A stretch of 64,000 nucleotides of DNA from Octopus sinensis (GCF_006345805.1 NC_043015.1:25854001-25918000), one strand, 5' to 3'. Shown: positions 27,801 to 42,640, numbered from the stretch's first letter. Translations and numbers: made by a program. Notes: a model not told the origin generated them from the sequence alone.

Positions 27801-30800
27801 GTACTGACAGCTTGCTGTCGTGTTTAAATGATCTCATCGCTGACAACCTGTTGGTTTTTAGCTCCATCGTCCCTTAATTCCGACCGACCTGTTCGCACCT
27901 GTCGCTGGCAATCCTGGCCATTTTTATTTTTTATTCTGCCACACGATGACCGAGACGCAAAGCTAAGAACATTTTTCTCTTTCTTCTCCCTCTTTTTTTC
28001 CACTCCAAATCCTAAACGTCTTCAGTACTGACAGCTTGCTGTCGTGTTTAAATGATCTCATCACTGACAACCTGTTGGTTTTTAGCTCCATCGTCCCTTA
28101 ATTCCGACCGCCTGTTCTTTCGCTGGCAATCCTGGCCATTTTTATTTTTTATTCTGCCACACGATGACCGAGACGCAAAGCTAAGAATTTTTCTCTTTCT
28201 TCTCCCTCTTTTTTCCACTCCAATATCCTAACGTCTTCAGTACTGACAGCTTGCTGTCGTGTTTAAATGATCTCATCGCTGACAACCTGTTGGTTTTTAG
28301 CTCCATCGTCCCTTAATTCCGACCGACCTGTTCGCTGGCAATCCTGGCCATTTTTATTTTTTATTCTGCCACACGATGACCGAGACGCAAAGCTAAGAAC
28401 ATTTTTCTCTTTCTTCTCCCTCTTTTTTCCACTCCAAATATCCTAAACGTTTTCAGTACTGACAGCTTGCTGTCGTGTTTAAATGATCTCATCGCTGACA
28501 ACCTGTTGGTTTTTAGCTCCATCGTCCCTTAATTCCGACCGACCTGTTCGCTGGCAGTCCTGGCCATTTTTATTTTTTATTCTGCTACACGATGACCGAG
28601 ACGCAAATCTAAGAACATTTTTCTCTTTCTTCTCCCTCTTTTTTCCACTCCAAATATCCTAAACGTTTCAGTACTGACAGCTTGCTGTCGTGTTTAAATG
28701 ATCTCATCGCTGACAACCTGTGTTTTTTTAGCTCCATCGTCCCTTAATTCCGACCGACCTGTTCGCTGGCAATCCTGGCCATTTTTATTTTTTATTCTGC
28801 CACACGATGACCGAGACGCAAAGCTAAGAACATTTTTCTCTTTCTTCTCCCTCTTTTTTCCACTCCAAATATCCTAAAGGTTTTTCAGTACTGACAGCTT
28901 GCTGTCGTGTTTAAATGATCTCATCACTGACAACCTGTTGGTTTTTAGCTCCATCGTCCCTTAATTCCGACCGACCTGTTCGCTGGCAATCCTGGCCATT
29001 TTTTATTTTTTATTCTGCCACACGATGACCGAGACGCAAAGCTAAGAACATTTTTCTCTTTCTTCTCCCTCTTTTTTCCACTCCAAATATCCTAAACGTC
29101 TTCAGTACTGACAGCTTGCTGTCGTGTTTAAATGATCTCATCACTGACAACCTGTTGGTTTTTAGCTCCATCGTCCCTTAATTCCGACCGACCTGTTCGC
29201 TGGCATCCTGGCCATTTTTATTTTTTTATTCTGCCACACGATGACCGAGACGCAAAGCTAAGAACATTTTTCTCTCTTTCCTGTACTCTTTTTCCACTCC
29301 AAATATCCTAAACGTCTTCAGTACTGACAGCTTGCTGTCGTGTTTAAATGATCTCATCACTGACAACCTGTTGGTTTTTAGCTCCATCGTCCCTTAATTC
29401 CGACCGACCTGTTCGCTGGCAATCCTGGCCATTTTTATTTTTATTCTGCCACACGATGACCGAGACGCAAAGCTAAGAACATTTTTCTCTTTCTTCTCCC
29501 TCTTTTTTCCACTCCAAATATCCTAAACGTCTTCAGTACTGACAGCTTGCTGTCGTGTTTAAATGATCTCATCGCTGACAACCTGTTGGTTTTAGCTCCA
29601 TCGTCCCTTAATTCCGACCGACCTGTTCGCTGGCAGTCCTGGCCATTTTTATTTTTATTCTGCCACACGATGACCGAGACGCAAAGCTAAGAACATTTTT
29701 CTCTTTCTTCTCCCTCTTTTTTCCACTCCAAATATCCTAAACGTTTTCAGTACTGACAGCTTGCTGTCGTGTTTAAATGATCTCATCACTGACAACCTGT
29801 TGGTTTTTAGCTCCATCGTCCCTTAATTCCGACCGACCTGTTCGCTGGCAGTCCTGGCCATTTTTATTTTTTATTCTGCCACACGATGACCGAGACGCAA
29901 AGCTAAGAACATTTTTCTCTTCTTCTCCTCTTTTTTCCACTCCAAATATCCTAAAGTTTTCAGTACTGACAGCTTGCTGTCGTGTTTAAATGATCTCATC
30001 TGACAACCTGTTGGTTTTAGCTCCATCGTCCCTTAATTCCGACCGACCTGTTCGCTGGCAATCTGGCCATTTTTATTTTTTATTCTGCCACACGACGAGA
30101 CGAGACGCAAGCTAAGAATTTTTTCTCTTCTTTCTTCTCCTCTTCTTTTTTCCACTCCAAATATCCTAAACGTCTTCAGTACTGACAGCTTGCTGTCGTG
30201 TTTAAATGATCTCATCACTGACAACCTGTTGGTTTTTAGCTCCATCGTCCCTTAATTCCGACCGACCTGTTCGCTGGCAGTCCTGGCCATTTTTATTTTT
30301 ATTCTGCCACACGATGACCGAGACGCAAAGCTAAGAACATTTTTCTCTTTCTTCTCCCTCTTTTTTCCACTCCAAATATCCTAAACGTTTTCAGTACTGA
30401 CAGCTTGCTGTCGTGTTTAAATGATCTCATCACTGACAACCTGTTGGTTTTTAGCTCCATCGTCCCTTAATTCCGACCGACCTGTTCGCTGGCAGTCCTG
30501 GCCATTTTTATTTTTTATTCTGCCACACGATGACCGAGACGCAAAGCTAAGAACATTTTTCTCTTTCTTCTCCCTCTTTTTTCCACTCCAAATATCCTAA
30601 ACGTCTTCAGTACTGACAGCTTGCTGTCGTGTTTAAATGATCTCATCACTGACAACCTGTTGGTTTTTAGCTCCATCGTCCCTTAATTCCGACCGACCTG
30701 TTCGCTGGCAGTCCTGGCCATTTTTATTTTTTATTCTGCCACACGATGACCGAGACGCAAAGCTAAGAATATTTTTCTCTTTCTTCTCCCTCTTTTTCCA

Positions 30801-33800
30801 CTCCAAATATCCTAAACGTCTTCAGTACTGACAGCTTGATGTCGTGTTTAATGATCTCATCTCTGACAACCTGTTGTTTTTAGCTCCATCGTCCCTTAAT
30901 TCCGACCGACCTGTTCGCTGGCAATCCTGGCCATTTTTATTTTTTATTCTGCCACACGATGACCGAGACGCAAAGCTAAGAACATTTTTCTCTTCTTCTC
31001 CCTCTTTTTTCCACTCCAAATATCCTAAACGTTTCAGTACTGACAGCTTGCTGTCGTGTTTAAATGATCTCATCGCTGACAACCTGTTGGTTTTTAGCTC
31101 CATCGTCCCTTAATTCCGACCGACCTGTTCGCTGGCAGTCCTGGCCATTTTTATTTTTTATTCTGCCACACGATGACCGAGACGCAAAGCTAAGAATATT
31201 TTTCTCTTTCTTCTCCCTCTTTTTTCCACTCCAAATATCCTAAACGTTTTCAGTACTGACAGCTTGCTGTCGTGTTTAAATGATCTCATCACTGACAACC
31301 TGTTGGTTTTTAGCTCCATCGTCCCTTATTCCGACCGACCTGTTCGCTGGCAGTCCTGGCCATTTTTATTTTTATTCTGCCACACGATGACCGAGACGCA
31401 AAGCTAAGAACATTTTTCTCTTTCTTCTCCTCTTTTTCCACTCCTCCAAATATCCTAAACGTCTTCAGTACTGACAGCTTGCTCTCGTGTTTAAATGATC
31501 TCATCACTGACAACCTGTTGGTTTTTAGCTCCATCGTCCCTTAATTCCGACCGACCTGTTCGCTGGCAATCCTGGCCATTTTTATTTTTATTCTGCCACA
31601 CGATGACCGAGACGCAAAGCTAAGAACATTTTCTTTTCTCTTTCTCCTCTTTTTTCCACTCCAAATATCCTAAACGTCTTCAGTACTGACAGCTTGCTGT
31701 CGTGTTTAAATGATCTCATCACTGACAACCTGTTGGTTTTTAGCTCCATCGTCCCTTAATTCCGACCGACCTGTTCGCTGGCAATCCTGGCCATTTTTAT
31801 TTTTTATTCTGCCACACGATGACCGAGACGCAAAGCTAAGAACATTTTCTCTTTCTTCTTCTCTTTTCTCTCTTTTTTCACTCCAATATCCTAAACGTCT
31901 TCAGTACTGACAGCTTGCTGTCGTGTTTAAATGATCTCATCGCTGACAACCTGTTGGTTTTTAGCTCCATCGTCCCTTAATTCCGACCGACCTGTTCGCT
32001 GGCAGTCCTGGCCATTTTTATTTTTTATTCTGCCACACGTTGACCGAGACGCAAAGCTAAGAACATTTTTTCTCTTTCTTCTCCCTCTTTTTTCCACTCC
32101 AAATATCCTAAACGTTTTCAGTACTGACAGCTTGCTGTCGTGTTTAAATGATCTCATCACTGACAACCTGTTGGTTTTTAGCTCCATCGTCCCTTAATTC
32201 CGACCGACCTGTTCGCTGGCAGTCCTGGCCATTTTTATTTTTTATTCTGCCACACGATGACCGAGACGCAAAGCTAAGAACATTTTTCTCTTTCCTCTCC
32301 CTCTTTTTTCCACTCCAAATATCCTAAACGTCTTCAGTACTGACAGCTTGCTGTCGTGTTTAAATGATCTCATCACTGACAACCTGTTGGTTTTTAGCTC
32401 CATCGTCCCTTAATTCCGACCGACCTGTTCGCTGGCAATCCTGGCCATTTTTATTTTTTATTCTGCCACACGATGACCGAGACGCAAAGCTAAGAACATT
32501 TTTCTCTTTCTTCTCCCTCTTTTTTCCACTCCAAATATCCTAAACGTCTTCAGTACTGACAGCTTGCTGTCGTGTTTAAATGATCTCATCGCTGACAACC
32601 TGTTGGTTTTTAGCTCCATCGTCCCTTAATTCCGACCGACCTGTTCGCTGGCAGTCCTGGCCATTTTTATTTTTTTATTCTGCCACACGATGACCGAGAC
32701 GCAAAGCTAAGAACATTTTTCTCTTTCTTCTCCCCCTCTTTTTCCACTCCAATATCCTAACGTCTTCAGTACTGACAGCTTGCTGTCGTGTTTAAATGAT
32801 CTCATCTCTGACAACCTGTTGGTTTTTAGCTCCATCGTCCCTTAATTCCGACCGACCTGTTCGCTGGCAATCCTGGCCTTTTTTATTTTTTATTCTGCCA
32901 CACGATGACCGAGACGCAAAGCTAAGAACATTTTTCTCTTTCTTCTCCCTCTTTTTTCCACTCCAAATATCCTAAACGTCTTCAGTACTGACAGCTTGCT
33001 GTCGTGTTTAAATGATCTCATCGCTGACAACCTGTTGGTTTTTAGCTCCATCGTCCCTTAATTCCGACCGACCTGTTCGCTGGCAGTCCTGGCCATTTTA
33101 TTTTTTATTCTGCCACACGATGACCGAGACGCAAAGCTAAGAACATTTTTCTCTTTCTTCTCCCTCTTTATTCCACTCCAAATATCCGAAACGTTTTCAG
33201 TACTGACAGCTTGCTGTCGTGTTTAAATGATCTCATCACTGACAACCTGTTGGTTTTTAGCTCCATCGTCCCTTAATTCCGACCGACCTGTTCGCTGGCA
33301 GTCCTGGCCATTTTTATTTTTTATTCTGCCACACGATGACCGAGACGCAAAGCTAAGAACATTTTTCTCTTTCTTCTCCCTCTTTTTTCGCTCCAAATAT
33401 CCTAAACGTTTTCAGTACTGACAGCTTGCTGTAGTGTTTAAATGATCTCATCACTGACAACTGTTGGTTTTAGCTCCATCGTCCCTAATTCCGACCGACC
33501 TGTTCGCTGGCAGTCCTGGCCTTTTTTTTTTTTATTCTGCCACACGATGACCGAGACGCAAAGCTAAGAACATTTTTCTCTTTCTTCTCCCTCTTTTTTC
33601 CCACTCCAAATATCCTAAACGTCTTCAGTACTGACAGCTTGCTGTCGTGTTTAAATGATCTCATCTCTGACAACCTGTTGGTTTTTAGCTCCATCGTCCC
33701 TTAATTCCGACCGACCTGTTCGCTGGCAGTCCTGGCCATTTTTATTTTTTATTCTGCCACACGATGACCGAGACGCAAAGCTAAGAACATTTTTTCTCTT

Positions 33801-36800
33801 TCTTCTCCCTCTTTTTTCCACTCCAATATCCTAAACGTTTTCAGTACCAGCATGCTTGCTGTCGTGTTTAAATGATCTCATCGCTGACAACCTGTTGGTT
33901 TTTAGCTCCATCGTCCCTTAATTCCGACCGACCTGTTCGCTGGCAATCCTGGCCTTTTTTTTTTTTTATTCTGCCACACGATGACCGAGACGCAAAGCTA
34001 AGAATATTTTTCTCTTTCTTCTCCCTCTTTTTTCCACTCCAAATATCCTAAACGTCTTCAGTACTGACAGCTTGCTGTCGTGTTTAAATGATCTCATCGC
34101 TGACAACCTGTTGGTTTTTAGCTCCATCGTCCCTTAATTCCGACCGACCTGTTCGCTGGCAGTCCTGGCCATTTTTATTTTTTATTCTGCCACACGATGA
34201 CCGAGACGCAAAGCTAAGAACATTTTTCTCTTTCTTCTCCCTCTTTTTTCCACTCCAAATATCCTAAACGTTTTCAGTACTGACAGCTTGCTGTCGTGTT
34301 TAAATGATCTCATCACTGACAACCTGTTGGTTTTTAGCTCCATCGTCCTTAATTTCCGACCGACCTGTCGCTGGCAGTCCTGGCCATTTTATTTTTTAAT
34401 TCTGCCACACGATGACCGAGACGCAAAGCTAAGAACATTTTTCTCTTTCTTCTCCCTCTTTTTTCGCTCCAAATATCCTAAACGTTTTCAGTACTGACAG
34501 CTTGCTGTCGTGTTTAAATGATCTCATCACTGACAACCTGTTGGTTTTTAGCTCCATCGTCCCTTAATTCCGACCGACCAGTTCGCTGGCAGTCCTGGCC
34601 ATTTTTTCTTTTTATTCTGCCACACGATGACCGAGACGCAAAGCTAAGAACATTTTTCTCTTTCTTCTCCCTCTTTTTTCCACTCCAAATATCCTAAACG
34701 TCTTCAGTACTGACAGCTTGCTGTCGTGTTTAAATGATCTCATCTCTGACAACCTGTTGGTTTTTAGCTCCATCGTCCCTTAATTCCGACCGACCTGTTC
34801 GGTGGCAGTCCTGGCCATTTTTATTTTTTATTCTGCCACACGATGACCGAGACGCAAAGCTAAGAATATTTTTCTCTTTCTTCTCCCTCTTTTTTCCACT
34901 CCAAATATCCTAAACGATTTCAGTACTGACAGCTTGCTGTCGTGTTTAAATGATCTCATCGCTGACAACCTGTTGGTTTTTAGCTCCATCGTCCCTTAAT
35001 TCCGACCGACCTGTTCGCTGGCAGTCCTGGCCATTTTTATTTTTTATTCTGCTACACGATGACCGAGACGCAAATCTAAGAACATTTTTCTCTTTCTTCT
35101 CCCACTTTTTCCACTACAAATATCCTAAATGCTTTCAGTACTGACAGCTTGCTGTCGTGTTTAAATGATCTCATCGCTGACAACCTGTTGGTTTTTAGCT
35201 CCATCGTCCCTTAATTCCGACCGACCTGTTCGCTGGCAATCCTGGCCATTTTTATTTTTTATTCTGCCACACGATGACCGAGACGCAAAGCTAAGAACAT
35301 TTTTCTCTTTCTTCTCCCTCTTTTTTCCACTCCAAATATCCTAACCGTCTTCAGTACTGACAGCTTGCTCTCGTGTTTAAATGATCTCATCACTGACAAC
35401 CTGTTGGTTTTTAGCTCCGTCGTCCCTTCATTCCGACCGACCTGTTCGCTGACAATCCTGGCCATTTTTATTTTTTATTCTGCCACACGATGACCGAGAC
35501 GCAAAGCTAAGAACATTTTTCTCTTTCCTGTACCTCTTCTTTCCACTCCAAATATCCTAAACGTCTTCAGTACTGACAGCTTGCTGTCGTGTTTAAATGA
35601 TCTCATCACTGACAACCTGTTGGTTTTTAGCGCCATCGTCCCTTAATTCCGACCGACCGGTTCGCGGGCAATCCTGGCCATTTTTATTTTTTATTCTGCC
35701 ACACGATGACCGAGTCGCAAAGCTAAGAACATTTTTCTCTTTCTTCTCCCTCTTTTTTCCACTCCAAATATCCTAAACGTCTTCAGTACTGACAGCTTGC
35801 TGTCGTGTTTAAATGATCTCATCGCCGACAACCTGTTGGTTTTTAGCTCCATCGTCCCTTAATTCCGACCGACCTGTTCGCTGGCAGTCCTGGCCATTTT
35901 TATTTTTTATTCTGCCACACGATGACCGAGACGCAAAGCTAAGAACATTTCTCTTTCTTCTCCCTCTTTTTTCCACTCCAAATATCCTAAACGTTTTCAG
36001 TACTGACAGCTTGCTGTCGTGTTTAAATGATCTCATCTCTGACAACCTGTTGGTTTTTAGCTCCATCGTCCCTTAATTCCGACCGACCTGTTCGCTGGCA
36101 GTCCTGGCCATTTTTATATTTTATTCTGCCACACGATGACCGAGACGCAAAGCTAAGAATATTTTTCTCTTTCTTCTCCCTCTTTTTTCCACTCCAAATA
36201 TCCTAAAGATTTTCAGTACTGACAGCTTGCTGTCGTGTTTAAATGATCTCATCGCTGACAACCTGTTGGTTTTTAGCTCCATCGTCCCTTAATTCCGACC
36301 GCCCTGTTCGCTGGAAATCCTGGCCATTTTTTTTTTTATTCTGCCACACGATGACCGAGACGCAAAGCTAAGAACATTTTTCTCTTTCTTCTCCCTCTTT
36401 TTTTCACTCCAAATATCCATACCTAACGTCTTCAGTACTGACAGCTTGCTCTCGTGTTTAAATGATCTCATCTGACAAACTGTTGGTTTTTAGCTCCATC
36501 GTCCCTTAATTCCGACCGACCTGTTCGCTGACAATCCTGGCCATTTTTTATTTTTATTCTGCCACACGATGACCGAGACGCAAAGCTAAGAACATTTTTC
36601 TCTTTCCTCTCCCTCTTTTTTCCACTCCAAATATCCTAAACGTCTTCAGTACTGACAGCTTGCTGTCGTGTTTAAATGATCTCATCACTGACAACCTGTT
36701 GGTTTTTAGCTCCATCGTCCCTTAATTCCGACCGACCGTTCGCGGCAATCCTGGCCATTTTTATTTTTTATTCTGCCACACGATGACCGAGACGCAAAGC

Positions 36801-39800
36801 TAAGAACATTTTTCTCTTTCTTCTCCCTCTTTTTTCCACTCCAAATATCCTAAACGTCTTCAGTACTGACAGCTTGCTGTCGTGTTTAAATGATCTCATC
36901 GCCGACAACCTGTTGGTTTTTAGCTCCATCGTCCCTTAATTCCGACCGACCTGTTCGCTGGCAGTCCTGGCCATTTTTATTTTTTATTCTGCCACACGAT
37001 GACCGAGACGCAAAGCTAAGAACATTTTTCTCTTTCTTGTCCCTCTTTATTCCACTCCAAATATCCGAAACGTTTTCAGTACTGACAGCTTGCTGTCGTG
37101 TTTAAATGATCTCATCACTGACAACCTGTTGGTTTTTAGCTCCATCGTCCCTTAATTCCGACCGACCTGTTCGCTGGCAGTCCTGGCCATTTTTATTTTT
37201 TATTCTGCCACACGATGACCGAGACGCAAAGCTAAGAACATTTTTCTCTTTCTTCTCCCTCTTTTTTCGCTCCAAATATCCTAAACGTTTTCAGTACTGA
37301 CAGCTTGCTGTCGTGTTTAAATGATCTCATCACTGACAACCTGTTGGTTTTAGCTCCATCGTCCCTTAATTCCGACCGACCATTTCGCTGGCAGTCCTGG
37401 CCATTTTTTCTTTTTATTCTGCCACACGATGACCGAGACGCAAAGCTAAGAACATTTTTCTCTTTCTTCTCCCTCTTTTTTCCACTCGAAATATCCTAAA
37501 CGTTTTCAGTACTGACAGCTAGCTGTCATGTTTAAATGATCTCATCACTGACAACCCGTTGGTTTTTAGCTCCATCGTCCCTTAATTCCGACCCACCTGT
37601 TCGCTGGCAATCCTGGCCATATTTAATTTTTATTCTGCCACACGATGACCGAGACGCAAAGCTAAGAATATTTTTCTCTTTCTTCTCCCTCTTTTTTTCA
37701 CTCCAAATATCCTAAACTTATTCAGTACTGACAGCTTGCTGTCGTGTTTACATGATCTCATCGCTGACAACCTGTTGGTTTTTAGCTCCATCGTCACTTA
37801 ATTCCGACCGACCTGTTCGCTGTCAATCCTGGCCATTTTTATTTTTTATTCTGCCACACGATGACCGAGACGCAGAGCTAAGAATATTTTTCTCTTTCCT
37901 CTCCCTCTTTTTTCCACTCCAAATATCCTAAACGTCTTCAGTACTGACAGCTTGCTGTCGTGTTTAAATGATCTCATCACTGACAACCTGTTGGTTTTTA
38001 GCTCCATCGTCCCTTAATTCCCACTGACCTGTTCACTGGCAATCCTGGCCATTTTTATTTTTTATTCTGCGACACGATGACCGAGACGCAATGCTAAGAA
38101 CATTTTTCTGTTTCTTCCCCTCTTTTTTCCACTCCAAATATCCGAAACGTTTTCAGTACTGACAGCTTGCTGTCGTGTTTAAATGATCTCATCACTGACA
38201 ACCTGTTGGTTTTTAGCTCCATCGTCCTTTAATTCCGACCGACCTGTTCGCTGGCAATCCTGGCAATTTTTACTTTTTATTTTGCCACACGATGACCGAG
38301 ACGCAAAGCTAAGAATATTTTTCTCTTTCTTCTCCCTCTTTTTTCCACTCCAAATATCCTAAACGTTTTCAGTACAGACAGCTTGCTGTCGTGTTTACAT
38401 GATCTCATCTCTGACAACCTGTTGGTTTTTAGCTCCATCGTCCCTTAATTCCGACCGACCTGTTCGCTGGCAGTCCCGGCCTTTTTTATTTTTTATTCTG
38501 CCACACGATGACCGAGACGCAAAGCTAAGAATATTTTTCTCTTTCTTCTTCCTCTTTTTTCCACTCCAAATATCCTAAATGTTTTCAGTACAGACAGCTT
38601 GCTGTCGTGTTTAAATGATCTCATCACTGACAACCTGTTGGTTTTTAGCTCCATCGTCCCTTAATTCCAACCAACCTGTTCGCTGGCAGTCCTGGCCATT
38701 TTTATTTTTTATTCTGCCACACGATGACCGAGACGCAAAGCTAAGAACATTTTTCTCTTTCTTCTCCCTCTTTTTTCCACTCCAAATATCCTAAACGTTT
38801 TCAGTACTGACAGCTAGCTGTCGTGTTTAAATGATCTCATCACTGACAACCCGTTGGTTTTTAGCTCCATCGTCCCTTAATTCCGAACCACCTGTTCGCT
38901 GGCAATCCTGGCCATATTTATTTTTTATTCTGCCACACGATGACCGAGACGCAAAGCTAAGAATATTTTTCTCATTCTTCTCCCACTTTTTCCACTCCAA
39001 ATATCCTAAACTTTTTAAGTACTGACAGCTTGCTGTCGTGTTTACATGATCTCATCGCTGACAACCTGTTGGTTTTTAGCTCCATCGTCCCTTAATTCCG
39101 ACCGACCTGTTCGCTGGCAATCCTGGCCATTTTTATTTTTTATTCTGCCACACGATGACCGAGACGCAGAGCTAAGAACATTTTTCTCTTTCCTCTCCCT
39201 CTTTTTTCCACTCCAAATATCCTAAACGTCTTCAGTACTGACAGCTTGCTGTCGTGTTTAAATGATCTCATCACTGACAACCTGTTGGTTTTTAGCTCCA
39301 TCGTCCCTTAATTCCGACTGACCTGTTCACTGGCAATCCTGGCCATTTCTATTTTTTATTCTGCGACACGATGACCGAGACGCAAAGCTAAGAACATTTT
39401 TCTCTTTCTTCTCCCTCTTTTTTCCACTCCAAATATCCTAAACGTCTTCAGTACTGCCAGCTTGCTGTCGTGTTTAAATGATCTCATCACTGACAACCTT
39501 TTGGTTTTTAGCTCCATCGTCCCTTAATTCCGACCGACCTGTTCGCTGGCAGTCCTGGCCATTTTTATCTTTTATTCTGCCACACGATGACCGAGACGCA
39601 AAGCTAAGAACATTTTTCTCTTTCTTCTCCCTCTTTATTCCACTCCAAATATCCGAAACGTTTTCAGTACTGACAGCTTGCTGTCGTGTTTAAATGATCT
39701 CATCACTGACAACCTGTTGGTTTTTAGCTCCATCGTCCCTTAATTCCCGACCGACCTGTTCGCTGGCAATCCTGGCCATNNNNNNNNNNNNNNNNNNNNN

Positions 39801-42640
39801 NNNNNNNNNNNNNNNNNNNNNNNNNNNNNNNNNNNNNNNNNNNNNNNNNNNNNNNNNNNNNNNNNNNNNNNNNNNNNNNGAGACGCAAAGCTAAGAACAT
39901 TTTTCTCTTTCTTCTCCCTCTTTTTTCCACTCCAAATATCCTAAACGTTTTCAGTACTGACAGCTTGCTGTCGTGTTTAAATGATCTCATCGCTGACAAC
40001 CTGTTGGTTTTTAGCTCCATCGTCCCTTAATTCCGACCGACCTGTTCGCTGGCAATCGTGGCCATTTTTATTTTTTATTCTGCCACACGATGACCGAGAC
40101 GCAAAGCTAAGAACATTTTTCTCTTTCTTCTCCCTCTTTTTTCCACTCCAAATATCCTAAACGTCTTCAGTACTGACAGCTTGCTGTCGTGTTTAAATGA
40201 TCTCATCACTGACAACCTGTTGGTTTTTAGCTCCATCGTCCCTTAATTCCGACCGACCTGTTCGCTGGCAGTCCTGGCCTTTTTTATTTTTTATTCTGCC
40301 ACACGATGACCGAGACGCAAAGCTAAGAACATTTTTCTCTTTCTTCTCCTCTTTTTCCACTCCAAATATCCTAAACGTTTTCAGTACTGACAGCTTGCTG
40401 TCGTGTTTAAATGATCTCATCGCTGACAACCTGTTGGTTTTTAGCTCCATCGTCCCTTAATTCCGACCGACCTGTTCGCTGGCAATCCTGGCCATTTTTA
40501 TTTTTTATTCTGCCACACGATGACCGAGACGCAAAGCTAAGAACATTTTTCTCTTTCTTCTCCCTCTTTTTTCCACTCCAAATATCCTAAACGTCTTCAG
40601 TACTGACAGCTTGCTGTCGTGTTTAAATGATCTCATCACTGACAACCTGTTGGTTTTTAGCTCCATCGTCCCTTAATTCCGACCGACCTCTTCGCTGGCA
40701 ATCGTGGCCATTTTTATCTTTTATTCTGCCACACGATGACCGAGACGCAAAGTTAAGAATATTTTTCTCTTTCTTCTCCCTCTTTTTCCCACTCCAAATA
40801 TCCTAAAGTTATTTAGTACTGACAGCTTGCTGTTGTGTTTAAATGATCTCATCGCTGACAACCTGTTGGTTTTTTGCTCCATCGTCCCTTAATTACTACC
40901 GACCAGTTCGCTGGCAGTCCTGGCCATTTTTATCTTTTATTCTGCCACACGATGACCGAGACGCAAAGCTAAGAACATTTTTCTCTTTCTTCTCCCTCTT
41001 TTTTCCACTCCAAATATCCTAAACGTCTTCAGTACTGACAGCTTGCTGTCGTGTTTAAATGATCTCATCACTGACAACCTGTTGGTTTTTAGCTCCATCG
41101 TCCCTTAATTCCGACCGACCTGTTCGCTGGCAATCCTGGCCATTTTTACTTTTTATTCTGCCACACGATGACCGAGACGCAAAGCTAAGAATATTTTTCT
41201 CTTTCTTCTCCCTCTTTTTTCCACTCCAAATATCCTAAACGTTTTCAGTACTGACAGCTTGCTGTCGTGTTTAAATGATCTCATCGCTGACAACCTGTTG
41301 GTTTTTAGCTCCATCGTCCCTTAATTCCGACCGACCTGTTCGCTGGCAGTCCTGGCCATTTTTACTTTTTATTCTGCCACACGATGACCGAGACGCAAAG
41401 CTAAGAACATTTTTCTCTTTCTTCTCCCTCTTTTTTCCACTCCAAATATCCTAAACGTCTTCAGTACTTACAGCTTGCTGTCGTGTTTAAATGATCTCAT
41501 CACTGACAACCTGTTGGTTTTTAGCTCCATCGTCCCTTAATTCCGACCAACCTGTTCGCTGGCAGTCCTGGCCTTTTTTATTTTTTATTCTGCCACACGA
41601 TGACCGAGACGCAAAGCTAAGAACATTTTTCTCTTTCTTCTCCCTCTTTTTTCCACTCCAAATATCCTAAACGTTTTCAGTACTGACAGCTTGCTGTCGT
41701 GTTTAAATGATCTCATCGCTGACAACCTGTTGGTTTTTAGCTCCATCGTCCCTTAATTCCGACCGACCTGTTCGCTGGCAATCCTGGCCATTTTTATTTT
41801 TTATTCTGCCACACGATGACCGAGACGCAAAGCTAAGAACATTTTTCTCTTTCTTCTCCCTCTTTTTTCCACTCCAAATATCCTAAACGCTTTCAGTACT
41901 GACAGCTTGCTGTCGTGTTTAAATGATCTCATCACTGACAACCTGTTGGTTTTTAGCTCCATCGTCCCTTAATTCCGACCGACCTGTTCGCTGGCAATCG
42001 TGGCCATTTTTATTTTTTATTCTGCCACACGATGACCGAGACGCAAAGCTAAGAATATTTTTCTCTTTCTTCTCCCTCTTTTTTCCACTCCAAATATCCT
42101 AAAGTTATTTAGTACTTACAGCTTGCTGTTGTGTTTAAATGATCTCATCGCTGACAACCTGTTGGTTTTTAGCTCCATCGTCCCTTAATTCCGACCGACC
42201 TGTTCGCTGGCAGTCCTGGCCATTTTTATTTTTATTCTGCCACACGATGACCGAGACGCAAAGCTAAGAACATTTTTCTCTTTCTTCTCCCTCTTTCTTC
42301 CACTCCAAATATCCTAAACGTCTTCAGTACTGACAGCTTGCTGTCGTGTTTAAATAATCTCATCACTGACAACCTGTTGGTTTTTAGCTCCATCGTCCCT
42401 TAATTCCGACCGACCTGTTCGCTGGCAATCCTGGCCATTTTTATTTTTTATTCTGCCACACGATGACCGAGACGCAAAGCTAAGAATATTTTTCTCTTTC
42501 TTCTCCCTCTTTTTTCCACTCCAAATATCCTAAACGTCTTCAGTACTGACAGCTTGCTGTCGTGTTTAAATGATCTCATCACTGACAAACTGTTGGTTTT
42601 TAGCCCCATCGTCCCTTAATTCCGACCGACCTGTTCGCTG
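15886..42640. repeat. 216-bp tandem satellite array, ~124 monomers, head-to-tail
   Basis: The monomer is CAGTACTGACAGCTTGCTGTCGTGTTTAAATGATCTCATC..CCTAAACGTYTT. Spacing is 216 bp (e.g. 15912, 16128). The edges are sharp at 15886 and 42640. Confidence 0.98.
39780..39879. other. Assembly gap (100 N)
   Basis: A run of exactly 100 N inside the satellite; the true array length is unknown. Confidence 0.99.

Noticed and set aside
21900-34450. Elevated indel density in some monomers
   Set aside because: The indels are mostly in homopolymers and are probably uncorrected long-read error rather than biology.
15886-42640. Hammerhead in the satellite (minus strand CTGAAGA..GAAA in the GTCTTCAG variants), i.e. 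a retrozyme-like array
   Set aside because: Stem II is weak, stems I and III have no partners, and about half the monomers have CTGAAAA.
15886-42640. C/D-box snoRNA-like GTGATGA..CTGA on the minus strand of the monomer
   Set aside because: The span is only ~44 nt, and the C box is broken in the frequent GCGATGA variant.
15886-42640. CRISPR-like array or tandem exon array (TTTTCAG acceptor-like site in each unit)
   Set aside because: There are no unique spacers and no good splice donor, and the context is eukaryotic.
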